A stretch of DNA of 63,347 nt, from NCBI GenBank assembly GCA_051653445.1, contig JBOFWD010000154.1, forward strand, positions 1 to 63,347, read 5' to 3'. Each line of letters begins with the position of its first letter. Positions within the stretch are counted from its first letter, which is position 1. A program made the position numbers and the translations under genes. A model generated the notes under the pieces. It saw only the letters and a list, made by a program, of their open reading frames with translations, had not been told where the DNA came from and made no database searches. The DNA comes from Acidaminococcaceae bacterium (GTDB taxonomy: Bacteria > Bacillota > Negativicutes > Acidaminococcales > Acidaminococcaceae). Shown one piece after another: positions 9,600 through 19,064 of the stretch.

Positions 9600-9763
9600 G
9601 ATTCCTCCACTACGGTCGGAATGACACCTTGCTTTCCCTCCATCCGTCAGCTTCGCCGACACCTTCATCATCTGAGGAAGGCCTTAGGCTCCTCATGAAG
9701 CGGGCGCTGTCACGTAGTGACTGAGGGAGAGAGCTTGTCATCCTGAGCGCTAGTCGAAGGATC
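9600..9763. repeat. MITE/REP-like palindromic element with about 27-bp imperfect terminal inverted repeats
   Basis: Left end is gattcctccactacggtcggaatgaca and right end is tgtcatcctgagcgctagtcgaaggatc (about 20/28 matched when inverted). The interior also folds back (cttcat..gagga / ctcctcatgaag). No ORF is present. Confidence 0.55.
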
Positions 9764-9773
9764 TTATGTTTTA

Positions 9774-10535
9774 TTATTTATTTACAGCAACTACATTTCG
9801 CAGTTTGCCGATGCCTTCTATTTCCACAACTACTTCATCGCCTACCTGCATTTCACCGGTACCGAAAGGGGTCCCTGTCAGGATAAGGTCTCCGGCATCA
9901 AGCGTCATGCTTTTGGAGATATAGCTAAGAATTTCGTAAGGATTATACACCATGTCACTGGTGCGGGCATCCTGCTTCAATTCGCCATTCAAATACAATT
10001 TGATGGAAAGATCTTCAGGATTGAGCTGTGTCTCAAGCCATGGTCCGAGCGGACAGAAAGTATCAAAAGATTTGCTGCGCAGCCACTGGCCTTCCCTGAG
10101 CTGCAGGTCTCGGGCGGTAACGTCGTTCGCACAGGTATAACCTAGTATGTATTGATGAGCTTCTTCCGGCGAAACATTTTTCATCTTCTTTTTGATGACA
10201 ATACCAAGTTCTGCTTCATGAAACAGCTTCTTGGTCTGCGGCGGATAAATGATAGCCGCATCAGGTCCGATTACTGTATGGGCAGCCTTCGTGAAAAGAA
10301 TAGGCTCCGGTGGAACCTCCATGTTGATTTCTTTGGCGTGCTCCCTGTAATTCAAGCCAACGCAAATTATCTGCTTTGGTACGCAGGGGGCGAGCAGCTG
10401 CACATGTGACAAAGGAAATACTTCGTCAGTCAGCTGCCAGAAGGTATCAAGAGATCCATACACTGTTCTTACTTTTTGGCCTTCGATAATCCCAATTTTT
10501 GCTCTGTTGTTGACTTCAAACCTAACACATCTCAT
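9774..10535 (-). CDS. fumarylacetoacetate hydrolase (FAH) family protein
   Basis: 253 aa. Blocks GLNYREHAKE, EAELGIVI, YTCANDVTARD and GTPFGTG are typical of FAH-family hydratases/isomerases. Confidence 0.9.
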   Translation of the reverse strand: MRCVRFEVNNRAKIGIIEGQKVRTVYGSLDTFWQLTDEVFPLSHVQLLAPCVPKQIICVGLNYREHAKEINMEVPPEPILFTKAAHTVIGPDAAIIYPPQTKKLFHEAELGIVIKKKMKNVSPEEAHQYILGYTCANDVTARDLQLREGQWLRSKSFDTFCPLGPWLETQLNPEDLSIKLYLNGELKQDARTSDMVYNPYEILSYISKSMTLDAGDLILTGTPFGTGEMQVGDEVVVEIEGIGKLRNVVAVNK

Positions 10536-10546
10536 CTCTTACACCT

Positions 10547-11323
10547 TCATTCTTCCATGATTTTCATTTGTCTTTCCTTAAAATATACAGGAACCAGCTT
10601 GGCAGCGTCGGCAATCTTTTTGGCAACAACCATCCGTCTGCCAACATGCTCCTTATAGTGAGCATCGGAACCAAATGAAATATATCTTCCTCCCAGCTGT
10701 TGATAGCGCTGGTAAAGAACCTGGAGCGTTTCAATTGCCTTCAGCGAATCAAGCCTTCTCGTATTACTTTCCAGAACCTTGCCGCCGGCAATCAAACGCT
10801 TGAACAATTCATCCCACAAGGCCGGAAACTCTTCATAGTAAAGTTCCTGATCCTCGTAAGGCATATAGCGGCAGATATAATCTATATGGCCGAAAATATC
10901 AAAGTCGCTATACAAGCATACATTGGCAATAGAATCTTCCAGAAATTCCTGCAAAGCTTCTTTTTTCGTCAAGCCTTTATAAGAGTTAGGCTCATACAAA
11001 TCCTTGCCGTTCACGCAGTGCATCGAGGCAATAACACAGTCAAAAGGGTGTGCCTTAATCAAGGCTTCATCTTTACTGACGGTATGTTTCTGCATGCCGA
11101 CTTCGATACCCAAAAGAACGCTGTCTGACCTATATATATTAAATTGTTTAAAGTAATCATCGATATCAAATAAGAAGGCATTAGGATTAGTAGGATAGTC
11201 ATAATCCCAGTGCTCTGTCACAACCATACCGACATTGGCTTTGCGTGCTGCTCGGATGGCTTCACTGATATTCATGGATGAATCTGTCGAATAATCACAA
11301 TGTGTATGCGAATCAAAAAGCAT
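10547..11323 (-). CDS. PHP-family histidinol-phosphatase-like protein
   Basis: 258 aa. Starts MLFDSHTHCDYS (PHP metal motif), with later GHIDY and GSDAH motifs. Confidence 0.8.
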   Translation of the reverse strand: MLFDSHTHCDYSTDSSMNISEAIRAARKANVGMVVTEHWDYDYPTNPNAFLFDIDDYFKQFNIYRSDSVLLGIEVGMQKHTVSKDEALIKAHPFDCVIASMHCVNGKDLYEPNSYKGLTKKEALQEFLEDSIANVCLYSDFDIFGHIDYICRYMPYEDQELYYEEFPALWDELFKRLIAGGKVLESNTRRLDSLKAIETLQVLYQRYQQLGGRYISFGSDAHYKEHVGRRMVVAKKIADAAKLVPVYFKERQMKIMEE

Positions 11324-11391
11324 TTTCTTATCTCCCTTGCTGACGATACCTTATTATAACAAATTTGTCGGAAAATGCACGCAATTTAAAT

Positions 11392-11423
11392 AAAAAAAGA
11401 CAGCGCGGCTATCGCCGCACTGC
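11392..11423 (-). terminator. intrinsic terminator after ychF
   Basis: Minus strand cagtgcggc-gata-gccgcgctg followed by tcttttttt. Confidence 0.7.
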
Positions 11424-11431
11424 CTTGTGTG

Positions 11432-12544
11432 TTAAACATTGAAACGGAATTCGACGACATCGCCGTCCTGCATGACATACTCCTTGCCTTCGAGGCGGAC
11501 AAGGCCTTTTTCGCGAGCGGCTGCTTTCGAACCACAAGCAATCAGGTCATTATAGGAAACAACTTCTGCCCTGATAAAACCTCTCTCAAAATCAGTATGT
11601 ATCTTACCTGCAGCCTGTGGCGCTTTGGTGCCGCGCACAATGGTCCAGGCACGCACTTCAATTTCGCCGGCAGTGATGTAAGTCATCAGACCAAGTAGTT
11701 TGAAACCAGCTTTGATAATTCTGTTCAGGCCCGGTTCTTCAAGGCCGGCCATAGCCAAAAATTCTTGTGCCTCATCATCCGGCAATTCGGCAATTTCGGC
11801 TTCCATTTTGGCAGAAACAGAAATCGTCTCTGCGCCTTCTTCAGCAGCATACTTTTGCACAGCCTGCACATAAGGATTCTTCTCTGCATGTGCTACTTCG
11901 TCTTCAGACACATTAGTAATATAAAGTATAGGCTTTAAGGTCAAAAGCTGCAATGCTTTCACGAATTCCTTCTCATCGTCAGTCAGATCAAGACGGCGGG
12001 CAGGAATTGCGTCGCCCAGTCCGGCTAAAACTTTTTCCAGGGCTGCTTTTTCCAGAGGCACTTTCTTATCGCCGGCTTTCAAAAGTTTGCCAAGGCGTTC
12101 GATGCGTTTTTCCACGCTCTCCATGTCAGCCAGACAAAGCTCGGTGTTAATTATTTCAATATCCCGCAAAGGATCAATCGTACCTTCTACGTGGGTAATA
12201 TTGCCATCCTCAAAACAGCGCACTACCTGTGCAATAGCATCAACTTCGCGGATATGCGCCAAAAACTTATTGCCCAATCCCTCACCTGTTGAAGCGCCTT
12301 TAACCAACCCTGCAATATCTACAAAACGCATTGCTGCCGGCACTATCTTTTTCGCCTTGACCATGTCGCTCAAAACTTTTAGACGTGTATCAGGAACATC
12401 AACTACACCGACATTCGGCTCTATAGTACAAAATGGATAATTGGCTGCTTCCGCGCCGGCTTTGGTAATAGCATTGAACAACGTGCTCTTGCCAACATTC
12501 GGCAAACCAACAATCCCTACTTCTAAATTCGTGCTCACTAACAT
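11432..12544 (-). CDS. ychF: redox-regulated ribosome-binding ATPase YchF
   Basis: 370 aa. [13 protein letters not shown]-loop and a C-terminal TGS-like end ...[11 protein letters not shown]. Confidence 0.95.
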   Translation of the reverse strand: MLVSTNLEVGIVGLPNVGKSTLFNAITKAGAEAANYPFCTIEPNVGVVDVPDTRLKVLSDMVKAKKIVPAAMRFVDIAGLVKGASTGEGLGNKFLAHIREVDAIAQVVRCFEDGNITHVEGTIDPLRDIEIINTELCLADMESVEKRIERLGKLLKAGDKKVPLEKAALEKVLAGLGDAIPARRLDLTDDEKEFVKALQLLTLKPILYITNVSEDEVAHAEKNPYVQAVQKYAAEEGAETISVSAKMEAEIAELPDDEAQEFLAMAGLEEPGLNRIIKAGFKLLGLMTYITAGEIEVRAWTIVRGTKAPQAAGKIHTDFERGFIRAEVVSYNDLIACGSKAAAREKGLVRLEGKEYVMQDGDVVEFRFNV

Positions 12545-12787
12545 CGCTCCTTAAATTTCATCTGATATATAATTTTACTTCATTGAAGAGTATTGTGCAA
12601 CACTTGCAACACTCGCCGGTTTCTCTTGTATGACTCACTCGCTATTCTATCTCGGCCCTCTCGCATATCAGCACCTACTATTTGCAGGCGAAGTGTCGCT
12701 TGTGGAAGCAGCCAGAGGAACTCTTCAGCCCTTGCCATAAGTATCCTATTTGAAACATTCACCTATTTCCCGGGAAATACTGATTCT

Positions 12788-13291
12788 TCAGATTTCTTTG
12801 TACTCTTTCAACTGCAGCGTATAAAAGGCCAGACTGAGCCACTGCCCGAATTTGTAGCCAACGTTGTGTGTAATACCTGCAAGTTGAAACCCGAGTTTCT
12901 CACACAGCTTCCTGCTTGCTGCATTGCCATAACTGATGCAGGCCAGCGCTGTATAAATTTCATAACCCTCCAGTTCCTTGAGCAGTGCTTGCAGTATCTC
13001 CATGCCTCGTCCGCCGCCGCAGTGTTCCTGGTCAAAATAGGCCGATAATTCCACTGCTATATTGAAGGCTTCACGCTCACGGAACTTACCGGCATAAGCA
13101 TAGCCGATGACCTCGCCGTTTTCTTCATAAACAAGCCAAGGAAAGTTGGCTGTAATCTTATTGATTCTTCGCAGCATCTCTGCTTCATCTGGCAAAGTTA
13201 TTTCATAAGTGATGGTAGTATGCGCTACATACCAGCTGTATATCTCAGTAATGCGTTTAACGTCCTCCGGACGTACGGCACGAATCATCAT
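12788..13291 (-). CDS. GNAT family N-acetyltransferase (phosphinothricin-acetyltransferase-like)
   Basis: MMIRAVRPEDVKRITEIY... Start moved to ATG 13291, which follows ggaggtg. The acetyl-CoA motif region is GGGRGMEILQALL. Confidence 0.8.
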   Translation of the reverse strand: MMIRAVRPEDVKRITEIYSWYVAHTTITYEITLPDEAEMLRRINKITANFPWLVYEENGEVIGYAYAGKFREREAFNIAVELSAYFDQEHCGGGRGMEILQALLKELEGYEIYTALACISYGNAASRKLCEKLGFQLAGITHNVGYKFGQWLSLAFYTLQLKEYKEI

Positions 13292-13405
13292 GACACCTCC
13301 ATCATCCTGCCCCGGTGCGAAATATAAAAAAGAACCCCGATCAACGGCCTGGTTAAGAACCATATCACGGGGTTTAGGCAGGGCATTTTTAAAACAGCGG
13401 AAATA

Positions 13406-13621
13406 TTAAAGCATATTTTCAGGGTTAGCTGATTCCAGAATACATTTGACACCTTTTTCAAACTTAGGGCGGGAAATCATCACAAACCGGCCACAGCCAC
13501 GGCATTTCAAGCCAAAGTCTATGCCTGTACGCGTGATTAGCCACTCGTAAGATCCGCATGGGTGTGCTTTTTTCATACGAACCACGTCACCGACTGAATA
13601 TTTAATCTTATCCATAAGCAA
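13406..13621 (-). CDS. DUF951 family protein (YyzM-like)
   Basis: 71 aa. VGDVVRMKKAHPCGS...CRGCGR pattern. Adjacent to ychF, as in B. subtilis. Confidence 0.8.
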   Translation of the reverse strand: MLMDKIKYSVGDVVRMKKAHPCGSYEWLITRTGIDFGLKCRGCGRFVMISRPKFEKGVKCILESANPENML

Positions 13622-13625
13622 CTCT

Positions 13626-14285
13626 CTACTTACCGTTTGCTTTAATGGTGTTTATATTTTTGATAATATAGCCGGCTTTGCGTATTTCTTCAATCACATC
13701 AAGGCCATGAGTCAGGTCTGCACGAATCATTATTTCAGCACATTCAGGTCCTTTGGAACGAGTAACAGCGGAAATAATATTGATGCCGCGTTCCTTAAAA
13801 ATATTAGCTATATCGGCCAAAACGCCTACTTTGTCGGTAGCATCCACCGTGATTTTGGTAGAAGTCTTGGCAAAACCCATAATATCTACAAATGCTTTAA
13901 AAATATCGCTATCCGTAACAATACCGCATAGCTTGTTATCAATATCAACTACCGGCAGAGCACCGATTTTGTTAGTATACAGCTGATTAGCTGCTTCTTC
14001 AATTTCGGCAGTGTCATTAACTGTGATTACCGTCTTAGTCATCACATCTCTGACTTTTAATTTGGAAAGAAGATAATTTGCCTCATATTTGGACAAAGTT
14101 GTAGCTTCCGAAGGTTCGCTCCTGCCCACATCACCATCAGTGATAATACCTTTGATTCTGCCGATGTCATCAACAACCGGAAGTCTCCTGATGTTTTTAC
14201 TGAGCATTAACTCTCTGACTTCCAAAATTGTTTTGTCTTCTTCCGTGGTAATTACATTGGGTGTCATTAATTCTCTTACGATCAT
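13626..14285 (-). CDS. CBS-pair plus ACT domain protein (AcuB-like)
   Basis: Two CBS repeats (ELMTPNVIT..., VRDVMTKTVITV...) followed by an ACT-like C-terminus (VGVLADIANIFKERGINI). ATG 14285 is preferred over GTG 14294 on RBS spacing. Confidence 0.8.
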   Translation of the reverse strand: MIVRELMTPNVITTEEDKTILEVRELMLSKNIRRLPVVDDIGRIKGIITDGDVGRSEPSEATTLSKYEANYLLSKLKVRDVMTKTVITVNDTAEIEEAANQLYTNKIGALPVVDIDNKLCGIVTDSDIFKAFVDIMGFAKTSTKITVDATDKVGVLADIANIFKERGINIISAVTRSKGPECAEIMIRADLTHGLDVIEEIRKAGYIIKNINTIKANGK

Positions 14286-14311
14286 TAAAACCACGCTCCC
14301 TTTGTGATTGT

Positions 14312-15016
14312 TTAGCCGCCTAAATAAGCCTTGCGGACAGCTTCGCTGCTTGCCAGCTCTTTTGCTGTACCAGCCAGGGCAATGCGTCCTGTTTCTAAAA
14401 CATAAGCTTTATCTGCAATGGACAATGCCATGTTTGCATTTTGTTCTACTAAAAGAACGGTTGTACCGCTTTCATTGATTTCCTGAATAATGCGGAAAAT
14501 CTCTTTAACCAAAAGTGGTGCCAGACCCATAGAAGGTTCATCGAGAAGCAAAAGGCGCGGACGGCCCATCAGGGCACGACCCATAGCAAGCATTTGTTGC
14601 TCGCCACCCGACAAAGTGCCGGATAACTGACCTTTACGTTCCAATAGTCTGGGGAATTTCTTGAAAACGTCTTCAAGATCTTTGGCAATTTCATCCTTGT
14701 CACTGCGCAGGTAAGCGCCCAGCTCGAGATTCTCCATAACCGTCATATTGGCAAAAACACGACGTCCTTCCGGAACCTGGCAGAGACCCATGCCCACAAT
14801 CTTATGAGCCGGCATGCCTTCGATATGGTTATCCTCAAACATTATTGTACCATTTTTTGGTTTTAAAAGACCAGAAATCGTACGCAGTGTAGTAGATTTT
14901 CCTGCACCATTCGAACCTACCAACGTAACAATTTCACCTTTTGGCACTTGTATGCTTATTCCTTTAATGGCGTGAATAGCACCATAATAAACATCAATAT
15001 TATCGACTTTTAACAT
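14312..15016 (-). CDS. livF: branched-chain amino acid ABC transporter ATP-binding protein
   Basis: 234 aa. Walker A GSNGAGKST and signature LSGGEQQ. Confidence 0.92.
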   Translation of the reverse strand: MLKVDNIDVYYGAIHAIKGISIQVPKGEIVTLVGSNGAGKSTTLRTISGLLKPKNGTIMFEDNHIEGMPAHKIVGMGLCQVPEGRRVFANMTVMENLELGAYLRSDKDEIAKDLEDVFKKFPRLLERKGQLSGTLSGGEQQMLAMGRALMGRPRLLLLDEPSMGLAPLLVKEIFRIIQEINESGTTVLLVEQNANMALSIADKAYVLETGRIALAGTAKELASSEAVRKAYLGG

Positions 15017-15786
15017 TATGATACCTCCTCGCCCAGATATGCTTCAATTACACGTTTATTGCTCTTAATTTCTTCCGGCACGCCATTAGCTATGCAGCAG
15101 CCGTATTCCAAGACGTACAGCCTTTCACAGACATTCATGACCAGATTCATATCATGCTCAATCAGAAGAATGCTGAGCTTGAACTCGTCGCGAATCCATC
15201 TGATCATTTCCATCAGTTCAAGAGTTTCCTGAGGATTCATACCGGCAGCAGGCTCATCTAAAAGCAACAGCTCTGGTTCCGTTGCCATGGCACGAGCAAT
15301 TTCCAATCGTCTCTGTTCGCCATAAGGAAGATTTTTAGCCTGTTCATGCGCTTTGTCTTCCAGTTTGAAAATCTTGAGCAGCGACATTGCCTTATTAGTT
15401 ATTTCTTCCTCTTCGTTAAAATACCTGCCAAAACGCAAGACCGCTTCCGGCAAAGAATATTTTACATGCATATTGTAGGCAATTTTAACATTATCAATAA
15501 CCGAAAGTTCGGAGAACAATCTGATATTCTGGAAAGTACGCGCCATACCCATGGCAGTTACCTGATAAGGTTTTTTGCCGTTGACGAGATTTCCTTCAAA
15601 TGTAATCGTGCCTTCAGTAGGTTCATAAACACCTGTCAGCATGTTGAAAGCAGTAGTTTTACCGGCGCCGTTCGGTCCGATCAGTCCGATCAGTTCGCCT
15701 TTATTGATTTCCATGGAGAAGTTAGAGACGGCACGCAGACCGCCGAACACCATAGATACGTTATTTACCTTCAGCAGTTCTTCCAC
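15016..15786 (-). CDS. livG: branched-chain amino acid ABC transporter ATP-binding protein
   Basis: 256 aa. Walker A GPNGAGKTT and the typical LivG C-terminus IEAYLGE. Confidence 0.92.
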   Translation of the reverse strand: MEELLKVNNVSMVFGGLRAVSNFSMEINKGELIGLIGPNGAGKTTAFNMLTGVYEPTEGTITFEGNLVNGKKPYQVTAMGMARTFQNIRLFSELSVIDNVKIAYNMHVKYSLPEAVLRFGRYFNEEEEITNKAMSLLKIFKLEDKAHEQAKNLPYGEQRRLEIARAMATEPELLLLDEPAAGMNPQETLELMEMIRWIRDEFKLSILLIEHDMNLVMNVCERLYVLEYGCCIANGVPEEIKSNKRVIEAYLGEEVS

Positions 15787-16729
15787 TGTTGTCGCCTCCT
15801 AACTTAAACATTTTGAGGCTCAGTTCTTTGTTGCCGAACAAGCCTTGTGGACGGTAAAGCATCAAAACAATCAAAGTGATTGAATAGATGACCATACGCC
15901 ATTCAGGATATTCTGCCAGGAAGGCCGAAATACCGGTTAGAAGAATAGCACCAGTGATGGCACCGCTCATGCTGCCCAAACCGCCAAGAACAACCATGGT
16001 CAGGATGTCAAAAGAACGCATGAAAGTAAAGGACGCCGGATGGGCAATGTAGAAGTAGTGGGAAAACAATACGCCGGCAGTACCTGCAAAAGCAGCGCCG
16101 ATAGTGAAAGCCATAACTTTATATTTGGTTGTATCAATACCCATGGTTTCCGCAGCGATTTCATTTTCACGAATTGCCAGACAGGAACGGCCGGGAGCTG
16201 AATTAATAAAATTCTTAATGAAGAAAATAACGAAGATTCCTACCCAGAATACCCAGGCAAAATTTGTTTCACGTGGAATACCCATAAGACCGGAAGCGCC
16301 GCCGACGTACTCGATATTCAGAATACAGATACGAATGATTTCGCCAAGGCCCAAGGTCGCGATTGCCAGATAGTCACCATTAAGGCGCAATGTCGGCAAA
16401 CCGATCAAGAAACCGAGAAGACCTGCACAAAGAGTACCAACTACAATCGCCAATTCAAACGGCAGGCCCAGCTTTACAGTCACAATAGCACCTGTATAGG
16501 CGCCTACTGCCAAAAAGCCTGCATGGCCAATAGAGAACTGGCCGGTATAACCGTTGATCAGATTCAAGCTGACTGACAGGATGATATTAATTCCGATCAG
16601 GACTATGTTCAATTCCCAGAACGGGCCGATAATTTCAAACATTATTAAAAGCTGCAAAACAGCGAACAAAACAAAACAACCCAATAGGGACATGATGTCT
16701 TGTTTTCTAATATTATTCATCACTGTCAC
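15761..16729 (-). CDS. livM: branched-chain amino acid ABC transporter permease
   Basis: 322 aa polytopic membrane protein. Overlaps the livG start by 26 nt. Confidence 0.9.
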   Translation of the reverse strand: MTVMNNIRKQDIMSLLGCFVLFAVLQLLIMFEIIGPFWELNIVLIGINIILSVSLNLINGYTGQFSIGHAGFLAVGAYTGAIVTVKLGLPFELAIVVGTLCAGLLGFLIGLPTLRLNGDYLAIATLGLGEIIRICILNIEYVGGASGLMGIPRETNFAWVFWVGIFVIFFIKNFINSAPGRSCLAIRENEIAAETMGIDTTKYKVMAFTIGAAFAGTAGVLFSHYFYIAHPASFTFMRSFDILTMVVLGGLGSMSGAITGAILLTGISAFLAEYPEWRMVIYSITLIVLMLYRPQGLFGNKELSLKMFKLGGDNSGRTAEGK

Positions 16730-17626
16730 CTACACTTTCTCACGGATATTTTTGCCCAGAAGACCTGCTGGTTTGTAGAGCAAAATAAGAATCAAGATAC
16801 CGAATGCTGCTGCGTCGCGGAAGGTCGAAGAGAAGAAACCGCTGACCATTGCTTCGACAACACCCATAATAATACCGCCAAGCATTGCGCCTGGAATAAT
16901 GCCGATACCACCGAGAACTGCGGCAACGAAAGCCTTCATGCCTGGCATCATACCCATCAAAGGATCGATGGAATTATAATAGATGCCTACGAGTACGCCA
17001 GCTGCAGCTGCCAATGCTGAACCGAGGGCAAAGGTCATGGAAATAACCTTATCGATATTGATACCCATCAATTGTGCCGCATCCATATCAAAAGATACTG
17101 CACGCATTGCCTTACCGGCTTTGGTATGGTTGACAATATATGTCAGAGCCGCCATCAGAACCAACGCACTAACGAGAATAACGATTTGTTGGCTGTTAAT
17201 TACGAGGCCAGCAACGTTGTAAACGGTTGCGTCAAAAACAGCTGGGAAGGTACGAGGCTGCGGTGTAGCAACCAAAATCATGCCATATTCCAGGAAGAAA
17301 GATACGCCGATTGCCGTAATCAAAATTGCGATACGCGGCGCATTACGCATTGGACGATAAGCAACGCGTTCAATTACAATACCGGCTACCGCGGCTGCTG
17401 CCATGGCAAAAATAAGTGCCGGTAAAAAAGATAAGCCTAACATGCTTGTTGCTACAAAGCCCATATAGGCGCCAAGCATATAAATATCACCGTGAGCGAA
17501 GTTTATCAGCTTGATAATACCATAAATCATCGTGTAACCCAGTGCAATCAAAGCATAAATGCTGCCTAGGGATACACCGTTAATCAATTGTTGCACAAAT
17601 TGGTGCAAAAATGATCCCATATCCAT
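16730..17626 (-). CDS. livH: branched-chain amino acid ABC transporter permease
   Basis: MDMGSFLHQFVQQLINGVSLGSIYALIALGY... Start moved to ATG 17626, which follows agggggc. Confidence 0.9.
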   Translation of the reverse strand: MDMGSFLHQFVQQLINGVSLGSIYALIALGYTMIYGIIKLINFAHGDIYMLGAYMGFVATSMLGLSFLPALIFAMAAAAVAGIVIERVAYRPMRNAPRIAILITAIGVSFFLEYGMILVATPQPRTFPAVFDATVYNVAGLVINSQQIVILVSALVLMAALTYIVNHTKAGKAMRAVSFDMDAAQLMGINIDKVISMTFALGSALAAAAGVLVGIYYNSIDPLMGMMPGMKAFVAAVLGGIGIIPGAMLGGIIMGVVEAMVSGFFSSTFRDAAAFGILILILLYKPAGLLGKNIREKV

Positions 17627-17693
17627 AATTTTAGCCCCCTGCCTAAGAAATAACTTTAGTGGGTCGTGCAAACCACGGCCCACTTAATGAAAA

Positions 17694-18863
17694 TCAAGGA
17701 TTAATCTTGGTTTTGAATACTTGTGCCCCATCTTTGTATTCGATGATTACAGCACTCTTAACCGGGTTGTGTTGCGCATTGAACGTTACGTTGCCGGATA
17801 CACCATTGAAACCTGTTGTTTTTGCCATGGCATCTTTAACCTTCACAGTATCTGCGGAGTTAGCAGTCTTGATGGCATTGATTACGAGAAGAGCGGAATC
17901 ATAGGCCAAAGCAGCGAAAACGTCTGGTTTTTCATTGTATGCTTTTTGATAAGCAGCAACGAAATCTTTGTTCAGTTGTGAGTCATCATCTGGTGAATAC
18001 AAGCTGGAGAAGTATGTGTTATTCAAAGCTGATTTGCTGGCAATTTCAGGGAGCTTAGCGCTATCCCAACCGTCGCCGCCCGCCATAGGAACATTCAGTC
18101 CCATTTCACGAGCTTGTTTAACAATCATACCTACTTCCTGATAGTAACCAGGAATATATACCATATCTGGGTTGGAGGCTTTAATCTTTGTCAAAGTTGC
18201 TTTGAAGTCCGTATCCTTTTGGAGATACGATTCTTCTGCAGCAATCTTGCCGCCGCCTTTAGTGAAAGATTCTTTAAAGAATTGTGCCAAGCCTTTGGCA
18301 TAGTCTGAAGAATTGTCAATCAAAATTGCTACGTTTTTAGCTTGAAGATTGTCTTTAGCAAAAGTAGCCATTACTGTTCCTTGGAACGGATCAATGAAAC
18401 AAGCGCGGAACATAAAGTCTTTCGTTTTACCGTCTTTGTCAACCGTTACATTAGGATTCGTACCCATCGGTGATATTGCAAGGACTTTGGCTCCTGTATT
18501 TACAGAAGTTGCCGCAATGGAAGCTGAAGAAAGATTAGGTCCGATTACGGCGACTACCTTGTCTTGAGCTACCAGCTTCTGCATGGCATTGGTTGCTTCA
18601 GCTGCTTCTGATTTATTATCAGCAACAACTAATTCAAGCTTTTTGCCAAGCACGCCGCCTTTAGCATTTTCTGCTTCAATTGCAAGCTTAATGGCATTTT
18701 GTGCGGATTTACCAAAACTTGCGCTGCCACCTGTCATCTCAATGTTGGCACCTATCTTGATAGTATCGCCTGACCCCTTTTTGTCGCCGCCACAGCCTGT
18801 GAGAGCTGTTGTCAGTAACATTCCGATGCATGCTACCGATAATATCTTATGCATTTTTTTCAT
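17694..18863 (-). CDS. ABC transporter substrate-binding lipoprotein (Leu/Ile/Val-binding family), copy 2
   Basis: 389 aa. Lipobox LTGCGG. Type I periplasmic binding fold pattern. Paralog of the upstream gene. Confidence 0.9.
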   Translation of the reverse strand: MKKMHKILSVACIGMLLTTALTGCGGDKKGSGDTIKIGANIEMTGGSASFGKSAQNAIKLAIEAENAKGGVLGKKLELVVADNKSEAAEATNAMQKLVAQDKVVAVIGPNLSSASIAATSVNTGAKVLAISPMGTNPNVTVDKDGKTKDFMFRACFIDPFQGTVMATFAKDNLQAKNVAILIDNSSDYAKGLAQFFKESFTKGGGKIAAEESYLQKDTDFKATLTKIKASNPDMVYIPGYYQEVGMIVKQAREMGLNVPMAGGDGWDSAKLPEIASKSALNNTYFSSLYSPDDDSQLNKDFVAAYQKAYNEKPDVFAALAYDSALLVINAIKTANSADTVKVKDAMAKTTGFNGVSGNVTFNAQHNPVKSAVIIEYKDGAQVFKTKINP

Positions 18864-18989
18864 TTTTCGTTCCCCTCCAATGTTTATAATGAAGAAAATT
18901 TTATCACCAATCCCGTCCTCTATGGCTTAAGCCAGTCTCTTTATATCGGTTTGGGATTAATTTCATTGAAAACAAGGCTTCTTAGACTA

Positions 18990-19043
18990 AAAACAGATAA
19001 ATCCAGCGCCGAATCGAAGAAAGCTTCAATCCGGCGCTGGATT
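18990..19043 (-). terminator. long hairpin between the two binding-protein genes (partial terminator or processing site)
   Basis: aatccagcgccg...cggcgctggatt arms with an 18-nt loop. The T-run is not immediately adjacent. Confidence 0.45.
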
Positions 19044-19064
19044 GAGTTTACTGGTAAATTAAGA

